Assembly: GCF_963921235.1 (NCBI RefSeq)
Contig: NC_086118.1
Span: forward strand, 30,008,001-30,072,000
Length of the DNA: 64,000 bases
Direction of reading: 5' to 3'
Origin: Mobula hypostoma
Taxonomy: Eukaryota
The position numbers and the translations under genes were made by a program. Below, piece by piece: positions 25,617-35,540 of this stretch (position 1 is the stretch's first letter; each line of letters starts with the position of its first letter). A model generated the notes under the pieces. The model ran no database searches and was not told the DNA's origin. It saw only the letters and a list, made by a program, of their open reading frames with translations.

Positions 25617-28394
25617 TAACAATAAAAGAACTGGAACTTCCCACCATAATACTGTACAACAAAAGCATTTTAAGACAAGAACAGTGAACGATACTGGTCA
25701 TTGGAAATGCAGGGGCAGGCTGTCGACCACGGCCTCCTCCCAGAATGTCGCAGTATCTATTTTGGCCTCTCTTTTATTCTTTAGTATACCTGAAAAAGCT
25801 TTTGTTATTCTTTTTGATATTGTTGGCTAGCCTACTTTCATATTTCATCTTCACTTCCCCCATGGCTATTTTTAGTTGCGTCTGTGAGTTTTTAAACATT
25901 TCCCAATCCTCTAGCTTCCAATAATTTTTGTTCTATTATATGCCCTCTTTGGCTTTTATAGTGGCTTTAACTTCCCTCGTCAGCCACAGTTGAATCAAAT
26001 TGCTTTAAGAATACGTCTTTGTCTTTGAAATGTGTCTCCTCTCTGCTTTCTGAATTGCTCCCAGAAACTCTAGCCATTGCTATTCTGCCTTGATCCCTTC
26101 CACCTTTCCAATCATCCAGTCAATCTTGGCCAGCTCCTCTCTCCATAATTCCCTTTACTCAATTGTAATACTGCTATATCTGACTTTTTCTTCTCCCTCT
26201 TAAATGGCAGGGTGAATTCTATCATATTATGATTAGTGCCTCCTTCACTTTAAGCTGCTGATCAAATCCAATTCATTACACAACACCCAATCTAGAATAA
26301 CTGTTCCATTAGTGTGTTCAATCAAAAGCTGCTCTAAGAAACCATCTTCTAAGCATTCACAAATTCTCTCTCCTGGGATTGAGAACTAACCTGATTTTCC
26401 TCATTACCCTCATACTGAAGTGCCCCATGACTATCATAACATTGACCTTTTGACATGCCTTTTCTATCTCCAGTTGTAATTCGGACACCACATCCCGGCT
26501 ACTGTTTGGAAGACTGTACATATCTTGCTTCAGGGTCTTTTTACCCCTGCAGTTTCTTAACTCTTCTCACAAGGATTCTACATCTTCCGATCCTCTGTCA
26601 CCTCTTTCTAAGAATTTAATTTCATTTTTTACCAACATAGCCACATCACATCCTCTGCCCTCCTGCCTTTCCTTTCGATACAATAGGTTTCTTGGATGTT
26701 AAGCTCCCAACTATAATCCACTTTCAACCATGACTCAGTGAAGCCCACAGTGTCATATCTGCCAATCTCTAACAGTGCTACAAAATCATCTACTTTATTC
26801 CATGTACAGTGTACATTTAAATATAACACCCCCAGTCCTGTATCCATCACTCTTTTCGATTTTGTCCCAAGTTTAGTTGCAACTCATCCTACTGACTGCA
26901 ATTTTGCCCTATCATCTGCCTGACCTTCCTTGCAGTTTCACTGCACTCTGCTCTGCTCGGAAACTAAAAGCCATACCAGTCTGGTTCCAATACTCATGCC
27001 AACTTACCTTAAACTCTCCCCAACAGCTCTAGCAAACCTGCCCACAAGGGTATTTGGTCCCCCTCAGGTTCAGGTGTAACAGATCCCTTTTGTACAGGTT
27101 ATTCCTTCCTCTGAAGAGATCTAGAAATCTGAAACCCTGCCCCTTGCACTAGTTTCTCAGCCACACATTCATCTGCAAAATCATTTTATTCTTACTATCA
27201 CTGGTGCGTGGCACAGGCAGCAATCCAGAGATTGATACCCTGGAGGTTGTGTTTTTCAGCTTTCTGCTAAGCTCCCTAAATTCTCTCCTCAGAACCTCCT
27301 TGCTTTTCCTACCGATGTCACGTGTGCCACTATGTACCGAGACTTCTGGCTGCACAGCCTCCCTACTTACAATGTCCTGGACCTCATACAAGACATTCCT
27401 GTCCCTGGTACCTGGGAGGTAACATATTATCTGAGTGTCTCTATTGTGTCCACAGAATCTCATGTCTACTCTTCTAACTCTGGAACCGCCTATCACTACT
27501 GCAGTTCTCTTCTCCCCATTTCCCTTCTGAGCCACAGTGCCAAAGACCTGGTCATTGTGGCTACCCCTGTTAGGTTGTCCCCCTCAGCAGTATACTTATT
27601 ATTGAGGGGAACAGCTACAGGGCTACTCTGTAATGACTGTCCATTTCCCTTCCCTCACCTGAGAGTCACACTTTTTCCTGCCTCCTGCAGTTTAGGAGTG
27701 ACCACCTCCTTGTATCTCCTATTTATCATCTCCTCAGTTTCCCGTATGAGCTGAAAGTCATCAAACTGCAGCTCCAGTTCCTTAACACATTCTCTGAGGA
27801 GCTGCAGCTCGGTGCACCTGGTACAGATGTGGTTACCCGGGAGGCTAGATGTCTCCCAGAATTCCCACATCTGAGACAGAAAAACACAACACAGGCCCTG
27901 GAGCCATTCTCACTGCTCTAACTATGTACTAACAGACAAGGAATGAAGAATGATTGGGAAGAAGCCTACCAGATACATATCTTGTCAAAGCCTGATGACC
28001 CACTCTGACACTAATCCTACACAATGGCCGCTCGCTTGTCCCTGGTTTACTATTACTTGCTTTTGCTAATGCATGAGCCTGCTGCACCGATTCGACTGTG
28101 CACCAAATCCTGAGAAAGCTCCTTTATTTAAACCTCTCTCTCCCCAACATGTGCGAAGCCTGCTGCACCAATTCGACTGCAACCGCGTGAGGTTTTCAGC
28201 GCCGATTTGACTGCGCACGCGTAAGATGATCTGTCCTATTGCTGACATTAGGCAAATTATCGATAACTGAAGCAAAACAAACTCACATAAAGTTTTGGCC
28301 TTTGATGAAATAAAAGGAAATCTAACATGATGGTCAGTAGACCATTGTTGGCACGATGTTTAATATTGTTTTCTGCTGGTAAAGGTTCTGTTAG

Positions 28395-28985
28395 TTTTCT
28401 ATGCCTTTCTTCTTATTACTGCCATCATGGAGGTGTTACAGGAACCTGAAGACACACAAAGTTTTGAGAACAGCTTCTTCCCTTCCACATCATATTTCTG
28501 AATGGTCTATGAACTTACAAACACTATCTCACTATTTTTCTCTTGATTTTGCACTGTTTGTTCATTTTTTACACATTTCCTTATAAATAATAAATAAAGG
28601 CATCCGTTAGTCTTGCGAGACCATGGATCTGCGCCTGGAAGGTCTTCACTCTCCAGGGCGCAGGCCTGGGCAAGGTTGTATGGAAGACCAGCAGTTGCCC
28701 ATGCTGCAAGTCTCCCCTCTCCACGACACCAAGGGAAGGGCCAGGGCTCATACAGCTTGGCACCAGTGTCATCGCAGAGCAATGTGTGATTAAGTGCCTT
28801 GCTCAAGGACACAACACGTTGCCTCGGCTGGGGTTCGAACTCACGACCTTCAGGTCGCTAGTCCAATGCCCTAAACCACTTGGCCACGTGCCCACACATT
28901 TCCTTATGCATTGCACTATAATGCCGGTGCAAAACTTATTTCATGACATATACCAGTGATAATAAACCTGATTTTGGTTTTGATC
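28395..28985 (+). mobile_element. Rex1-type LINE 3' fragment split by a SINE
   Basis: LLLPSWRCYRNLKTH...NSFFP-like C-terminus; tail tttcatgacatataccagtgataataaacctg. Confidence 0.7.
28585..28893 (-). mobile_element. tRNA-derived SINE with 14-bp TSD
   Basis: Minus strand starts gggcacgtggccaagtggttt (A-box) ... gagttcgaacccc (B-box). TSD acacatttccttat at 28571-28584 and 28894-28907. Confidence 0.92.
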
Positions 28986-29044
28986 AGAACTGCTTTTCTT
29001 AACAATATTAATGGTTTTTCTCAGTAGTTATGGAGAGAATTTTA

Positions 29045-29161
29045 AAACTGCAAACACGAGGAAATCTGCCGATGCTGGAAATTCAAGCAACACACACAAA
29101 AAATTGCTGGTGAACGATGCAGGCCAGACAGCATCTATAGGAAGAGGTACAGTCGAAGTAC
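29045..29161 (-). mobile_element. Short Penelope-terminal-repeat-derived insertion
   Basis: TSD tggagagaatttta at 29031-29044 and 29162-29175; same family as 31219, 34396, 40032 and 44282. Confidence 0.8.
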
Positions 29162-29414
29162 TGGAGAGAATTTTATCTGTTTTGTCTCCTGCTTACACAC
29201 TTGTAAATGACTTACAGCTTTGTATTCCCCACTGGAAGTAAAATAGTCTCATTAATGTTTGGTATTATACATGAGTTGAGATGGTACAAATATAAAACAT
29301 AGCCTGCTGCAATTACCTTAAAATTGTAAATTGATGCAATCAGTAAAAGGCCAGATAATAAAAAAGAAAGCATTTCCATATTCAAAGCTACGATAAAACA
29401 GGTATTTGTACCAA

Positions 29415-29482
29415 TTATTTATTATGTTGGTTTATTTGTGTAATAGAGTTATTTATTATGTTGATTTATTTGTGTAATGGAG
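29415..29482. repeat. 34-bp tandem duplication
   Basis: ttatttattatgttg(g/a)tttatttgtgtaat(a/g)gag occurs twice. Confidence 0.9.
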
Positions 29483-29499
29483 TAAAATAAGACTAAAAT

Positions 29500-29706
29500 A
29501 CATAGAAAATGCTAGAAGAACTCAGCAGGCCAGGCAGCATCTACGGAAAAGGGTGAACAGTCAATGTTTCGGGCCGAGATCCTTCAAGAGTCTTGGCCTG
29601 AAACATCGACTGTTTACTCTTTCCCATAAATGCCACCTGGCCTGCTAAGTTCCTTCAGCATTTTGTGTGTGTTGCTTGGATTTCCAGCTTTTGCAGATTT
29701 CCTTGT
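29500..29706. mobile_element. Palindromic Penelope-derived short element
   Basis: About 85-bp inverted arms centred on 29585, plus the family tail. Confidence 0.8.
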
Positions 29707-30849
29707 TTGTGATTGGGCTTAACTTAATATTTTTATTTTCACTTCTGAAGCAGCAAGAAAACGGCTTTATTGATTAAAAATTTTGTGTCCAAAGAGGATG
29801 GCTCCTTTTAATCTGAGGGAAAAGATAATGTGACATTTATTGTTGCCATTTAACGTAAAATCATTACTTCCTTGATCAATATCACTATTCAGCTACTTGA
29901 TAATTTCTTTCGAGGACGACTTCCATAGAAATTCTCACGAGATACAAGGAGCAAATGGCAAGCTGTTCTACTTTCCCCTGTTGTACTTGTATTTGATTTA
30001 ATCTAAAAATAGGCTAGAATGCTTTACTGAAAATTGAGGAGACAAATTATAAGTTAGCTTCAGGAAATAATGCCGAAGAAGAGTTGAAGTCTGGAATAAG
30101 CATGATTAAGTGCTGTTTAAAAAGTACTCACTCTACTGTACATTTTTTTCTTCCCAATTTAAAATGGACCTCTCACTTAACCAGCATGAATATTATAAAT
30201 AACATCCGAAGACTATAATAAAAATATAACAAGGTTCTCCTAGGCAGTCAATATATATATACTTTTTCTACAAAATTATTGTGTTGATTGATGTGCTTCA
30301 GGCAGTTTACCAGGAGAATACTTGAACACAGTATGATCTGACTTTATTGTACATAAAGTGGTTAGGCAGTCTTCTACTGATGGTGAATATCATGGAAAAG
30401 GTGCACCAGGGTTTGTTTTCTCATTTTCACATAGAAGGTTTATTACCATTAATCACTCATTTCTCTTCCTTTTAAAAGAAATTCCCACACATTTCCTTCT
30501 TTTAACTTGGTTTACTGTATATTCTTCCTTCTGACCACATCCCAATCCACCCCACCCCCAGTATATAGAAAGGAAAAGTGAACAGAAGTATACAAAGTTC
30601 TGAAATTTCTAAATTTCTGCTCAGCCCTGATAAAATTATTGGCTTGCAGTTGCTGTCAGAGTTAAGAAATATATAGTTGGCAATTGAGCATCAGGAAGAA
30701 ACGGAGTCATGGGCACAATAGAATTCTCATTGCAGTCATTGCCTGATACCAACAAAATTATTGGAGATTATAAAGATGCTTAACTGGAAACATACTAGTG
30801 CAATGCGTTAAAACTGTTTGAATAAACATCATTGGCTCTTGGAACCTTT

Positions 30850-30965
30850 GTCAGATCTGAATGTTCCCAACCCACCCAGTCTCCTGGCACTTTTCCCTGC
30901 AACTGCAGGACATGTGACACTTCCTCTCTCACCACCATTCACAGACCCAAGCTGTCTTTCCAAGG
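30850..30965 (+). mobile_element. Penelope-like linker fragment
   Basis: PGTFPCNCRTCDTSSLTTIHRPKLSFQ, homologous to the 8204-8725 ORF. Confidence 0.65.
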
Positions 30966-31218
30966 CTGTTTCCTGGCATTTTCTGTTTTATATTTCAGAT
31001 TTTCAGCATATGCAGTTATTTGATTTCCAAAATTAAGCATTTCTTGAACTTTGAATCCCCCATTAAGAACATCCTGCTGCAGGGGAGGCATTGACTGGAA
31101 AGCTAACTGAATCAGCTGGATCGACTCTGTGCATTTAAGAGGAAGTAAAATGATTGCTGACCGTGACTCACTTCCTCAATCCACAAAACTTTTCTTTGCT
31201 CATAAGACACATATCAAG

Positions 31219-31347
31219 CAACACACATCAAAGTTGCTGGTGAACGCAGCAGGCCAGGCAGCATCTCTAGGAAGAGGTACAGTCGACGTTTCAGGCCAAG
31301 ACCCTTCATCCAGCATCTGCAGAATTCCTGTTGTTTGCGTTTTTTAA
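31219..31347 (-). mobile_element. Short Penelope-derived insertion with inverted tail
   Basis: TSD aagacacatatcaag at 31204-31218 and 31348-31362. Confidence 0.85.
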
Positions 31348-31859
31348 AAGACACATATCAAGACCGTTATTGAATACTTTTCACTTGCTTGAATGAATGC
31401 AACTTAATAAAAATAACTAGAATTTATATAGCACTGTGAATATAATGAAACATCTCGAAACAGTTCACAGGAGGGTTATCAAACAGAATTTGAGAATAAA
31501 TGAAATATAGGAATACTTGGGCAATGAATTCCCCAAAGAGATAATTTTTTAAAAATATCTGTAAAAATGAAATGAATTGGAGGTTTTATGAAGGGGTTTC
31601 CAGCACCTCGACTCTCAACAGCTGAAAGCATGGAGCTAGTGGTGGAGTGACTTAATCTGGGAATTAATAAGAGACCAGAGCTGGGAAAAGCACAAATCCC
31701 AAAGAAGTTGTATGGATGGAAGAAATTAACATGATGGAAATAGAAACAAAAAGAGAAGAAAAAAGCTAAGGATTTTGAAATTTAGCCATTGGCACGTTGG
31801 AGTGCATCCTAGGGCAGCCAGAGCAGGTGAACAAGGCGGTGCAACTAAAAACACAGTTG

Positions 31860-33420
31860 ATCTTTTGCCAACCTATATAAACGTATTTTCTGATCAATCT
31901 AATCCTTTCCTGTCCCCTGCATAGCCCATAGCCCTCCTTCTAGGAGTCTTTTAAATATTACTATTGTATCAGCCTTTCCCACCACCCCCAGCAGTGCATT
32001 CCAGGCACTGACCATACACTGTGTAAAAAAAAACTGCCTTTGCTATCTTCCCTAATCTGTGTTCCACCACTCCCCTCTAACAGCTGTTCTCTGCTATTGA
32101 CCATTGCCGCCTTGGGAAAAAGGTGCTGGCTATCCACTGTATCTATAATTTTCATAATCTTACACACCCTTTATCAAGTTCCCTCTCATCCTTTGTCACT
32201 TTAAACAAAAAAACTGTAGCTCACCATTTCTCATAAGATGTGTTCTCCATTCTAGGCAGCATTCTCTTCTGTGCTGTCTCTAAAGATTCCACGTCCTGTA
32301 ATGAGGGGAACAGAACTGAACACAGTATTCTCAGTGTGGTCTAGTTGGAGTTTTACAGAGGTACAGCGTAACCTCACTGTTCTTGAACTCAGTCCCTTGA
32401 CTGATGAAGGCTAGCAAACTGTGCGGCAACTTTGAGGGATCTATCGACTTGGACCCTATCTCTATCTTATCTATCCCTTTCATAATTTTATATGTTTAGG
32501 TAACATCACCTCTTATGATTCTGAATTCCAGTGAGTATGGTCCCAGTGAGTCAGTCTTTCCTCATAGGCTAACCCAGCATCTGCTGATCTTCTAAGATGA
32601 ATCACTTCACACCTATCCAGATTGAACTCCATCTGCTACTTTTCCACCCAACTCTGCATCCTCTTTAGATCCTGTTGTAACCTATGATGATCTTCTGCAC
32701 TATCCGCATCTTCAACCTTTGCATCATATCAACTTTACTAATCCAGCCCTCCACTTGCTTATCTAAGTATTTATAAACATTGCAAAGAGCAGGGGCCCCA
32801 GAGCATATTCCTGTTCAACACCACTAGATATTGACCTCCAGGCAGGGGTGCCACGGTAGCTTAGCATTCAATGCAACGCTCTACAGTGGCAGCCATTGGG
32901 GTTCAATTCCTGCCAATCTCTGTAAGGAATTTGTATGTTTTCTCTGTGATTGTGTGGGTTTTCTCCAGGTGCTCTGGTTTCTTTCGGGTGCTCTGGCTTC
33001 CTCCCACATTCCAAAGGTGTATAGGTTATGGTTAGTAAATTATGCGCATGCTATGTTGGCGTCAGAAGCACAACAATACTTGAAAGCTGTCTGCAACTGT
33101 TTTGGTCATTAATTTGGTCATTAATGCAAAATAACACATTTTACTTTATGTTTCAATGTTTCAATGTACAATAAATAAAGCTAATCCTGTCCCTCAGAAT
33201 CATCTCCTCCAATTTGCCCACCACTGAAGTATGAATCACTGGTCTATAATTCCCAGGGTTATCTTTATTACTTACCTTGAACAACGGAACAATATTTGCT
33301 ACCCTCCAACCTTCTGGTACAAATCCTGTGGCCAGGGAGAACTCAAATATCATTTTCATTATTCCAGCTTCCCCTGCTTCCCATAGTCACCTGAAGTATA
33401 TCTGATCTGGCTCTGGTGAC
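31860..33420 (-). mobile_element. Old CR1 fragments with a nested SINE
   Basis: ORFs 31961-32167 and 33153-33359 (VPEGWRVANIVPLFK...NYRPV). Confidence 0.8.
32842..33186 (+). mobile_element. HE1-like tRNA SINE
   Basis: ggggttcaattcc B-box; central ggtgctctggcttcctcccacattccaaag; tail aataaataaagctaatc. Confidence 0.8.
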
Positions 33421-33774
33421 AGTATGTTTGAGATCTTCAAATTTATGAATTGTAGATCAGCATGACTGACCTGGAATACATTATATTAGTGATGACAAGG
33501 TAACAAATTGAAGATTTCATGGGCATAAAGTGAGGCTGGTATAAAGCCAAGTAATTGAGGATGAAATACAGTAGATCCCATTAATCTGACATGCTTGTGA
33601 GCTTTGTCAGTCTGGACTGGAAAACTTTGGACTGTTGGATGTTATTTCAATCAATACTCTGACAAATTAACTGTTTTTAGATGTAACATAATAGTTTATT
33701 AAATATTCCAGTGATTCCAGTAACTTTAAAATGAGCAGCACGGTGGTGTACTGGTTTAGCCTCATGCTTTACAG

Positions 33775-34676
33775 CAGCGGTCCCCAACCACCAGGCCGCG
33801 GACTGGTACCAGGTCGCAAAGCATGTGCTACCGGGCCGTGAGGAAACGATATGAGTCAGCTGCATCTTTCCTCATTCCCTGTCACGCACTGTTGATCTTG
33901 AACATAGGGTTGCCAACTGTCCCGTATTAGCCCGGACATCCCGTATATTGGGCTAAATTGGTTTGTCCCATACCGGACCGCCCTTGTCCCGTATTTCCCC
34001 CGCCAAGGTAGAGCATTCCGAGGAAACCTTTCATGCCGAAATGGCATAAAGCGAAGAAGCAATTACCATTAATTTATATGGGAAAAATTTTTGAGCGTTC
34101 CCAGACCCAAAAAATAACCTACCAAATTATACCAAATAACACATAACACCTAAAATAACTCTAACATATAGTAAAAGCAGGAATAATATGATAAATACAC
34201 AGCCTATATAAAGTAGAAATAACGTATGTACAGAGTAGTCAGGAAAATTAAGCCAAAGCCGATATGTGGAAAAAAAATCGGCATGCACACGCATGCGCAC
34301 GTCACATATGTGCACGTCACGCATGGGCACACAGGTGCCCGTGCAAGGCTTCATGGTCATGGTAGTCTTTCTCCGGGTAAACACAAGCGTTGCGCCAACA
34401 CACACAAAAAATGCTGGTGAATGCAGCAGGCCAGGCGGCATCTATAGGAAGGGGTACAGTCGATGTTTCGGGCTGGGACCCTTCGTCAGGATTTGACTGC
34501 TACTTTTGTCCCTTATTTGGGAGTGAGAAAGTTGGCAACCATAACTGTAAAAGACATCATGTTGAGGTGAGTTTAACCCTACGTGAATACCCGCCCCCCC
34601 CACCCAGTCGGGCGGTCCGCAAGAATATTGTCAATATTAAACCGGTCTGTGGTGCAAAAAAGGTTGGGGACCCTTG
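33775..34676. mobile_element. Non-autonomous hAT (Buster/Charlie-type) element
   Basis: TIRs cagcggtccccaacc / ggttggggacccttg; 8-bp TSD ctttacag (33767-33774, 34677-34684) with central TA. Confidence 0.9.
33905..34543. mobile_element. Internal TIR element (Harbinger-like ends) within the hAT MITE
   Basis: tagggttgccaact ... agttggcaaccata, 13/14 inverted match. The superfamily is inferred from the TIR sequence only. Confidence 0.55.
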
Positions 34677-35063
34677 CTTTACAGAACTAGCAATTGGAAG
34701 ATTGCGTTTCAATCTCTGCTACCTTCTATAAGAAGTTTGTACAGCCTCCCTGTGACTTGTGGGTTTCCTCCAGGTGCTCTGGTTTCCTCCCGTATTCCAA
34801 ATGATGCATCATTTAGCATAGTTCGAACCAGAAGCAGAGTAACACTTGAAAGCTGCCACAATGCAGCCTCATACCGTTTTGGTCATCAATACAAAATAAC
34901 ATAGTTAATTGTATTTGTCAATGTTTCGATGTACATGTGATAAATAAAGCTCATCTTTAATCTTTAAAGAGAGCATGACTTGTTAAAGGGTGTGTGTGAA
35001 CTGTGAGCCTGATGTATTCAAGGAAATTCAGGAAGCAGGACGCAGAATGTGAGCAAGAAGATA

Positions 35064-35540
35064 CGAGGGGTTGTTGATATGTTTGTGGCTTAAGGTGGAA
35101 GGAGTCAATTTTAGAAAACATAGCACATTTATTTTTCAACATAGCCCCCTCCTACATTTACACACTTAGTCCAGCGCTCGTGGAGCATACGGATCTTGGA
35201 CCTCCAGAAAGTGGTCCACAGCAGGGGTGATTGATACGTTCATGGCCTAAGGTAGAAGGAGATGAGTTGTACAACTCTTGTTACATGTACATGCAGTTCA
35301 ACTCTTTGAGTGATTATGCAGAAAGTTTGAGGTTAATAACACCTCTCCTTTGACCTTAGGCCACGAACTTGTCAATCCCCCCTGCTGTGGGCACTTTCTG
35401 GAGGTCCAAGATCCGTATGCTCCACGACTGCTGGACTAAGTGTGTAAATGTAGGGGGGACTATGTTGAAAAATAAATGTGCTAGGTTTTCTAAAATTGAT
35501 TCCTTCTACCTTAGGCCACAAACTTATCAATCACCCCTCA
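35064..35540. mobile_element. Mariner-type MITE with long inverted repeats
   Basis: TA|cgagggg ... cccctca|TA; about 200-bp inverted arms; the outer end sequence recurs internally near 35223 and 35345-35383. Confidence 0.9.

Larger units (their letters stand above)
18837..25752 (-). mobile_element. Gypsy LTR retrotransposon, internally deleted, with both LTRs; the 5' LTR is split by a CR1
   Basis: LTR 18837-19193 (TG..CA). Second LTR 21616-21818 plus 25617-25752. PBS tggtgtcaggagtgggatg (21596-21614, minus). PPT adjacent to 19194. TSD atat/gtat. gag, protease (ALVDTGSTITI) and partial integrase ORFs. Confidence 0.92.
17298..28220 (-). mobile_element. Old near-full-length CR1 LINE (3' UTR, RT, endonuclease, esterase ORF1, 5' UTR), split by the Gypsy insertion at 18837-25752
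   Basis: RT pieces 17387-18836. Sequence is continuous across the insert (...ggtacaatat | ctattttggcc...). Endonuclease motif LYLNV...GFTESWL at 26629-26850; ORF1 pieces 27149-27535 and 27655-27870 (HICTRCTELQLL). Confidence 0.85.
33733..34966 (+). mobile_element. HE1-like SINE split by a hAT MITE
   Basis: Head 33733-33774 and body 34685-34966, collinear with 32842-33186. Confidence 0.75.

Noticed and set aside
24810-25622. Host GDSL lipase gene
   Set aside because: It is the standard esterase ORF1 of CR1, directly upstream of ORF2.
28810-28893. tRNA gene
   Set aside because: The A/B boxes belong to a TSD-flanked SINE head; the same applies to 53232-53300 and the HE1-like heads.
31280-31315. 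Functional hammerhead in the 31219 insert
   Set aside because: The CUGA core and 5' stem I are removed by the inversion junction (reads ctggatga).
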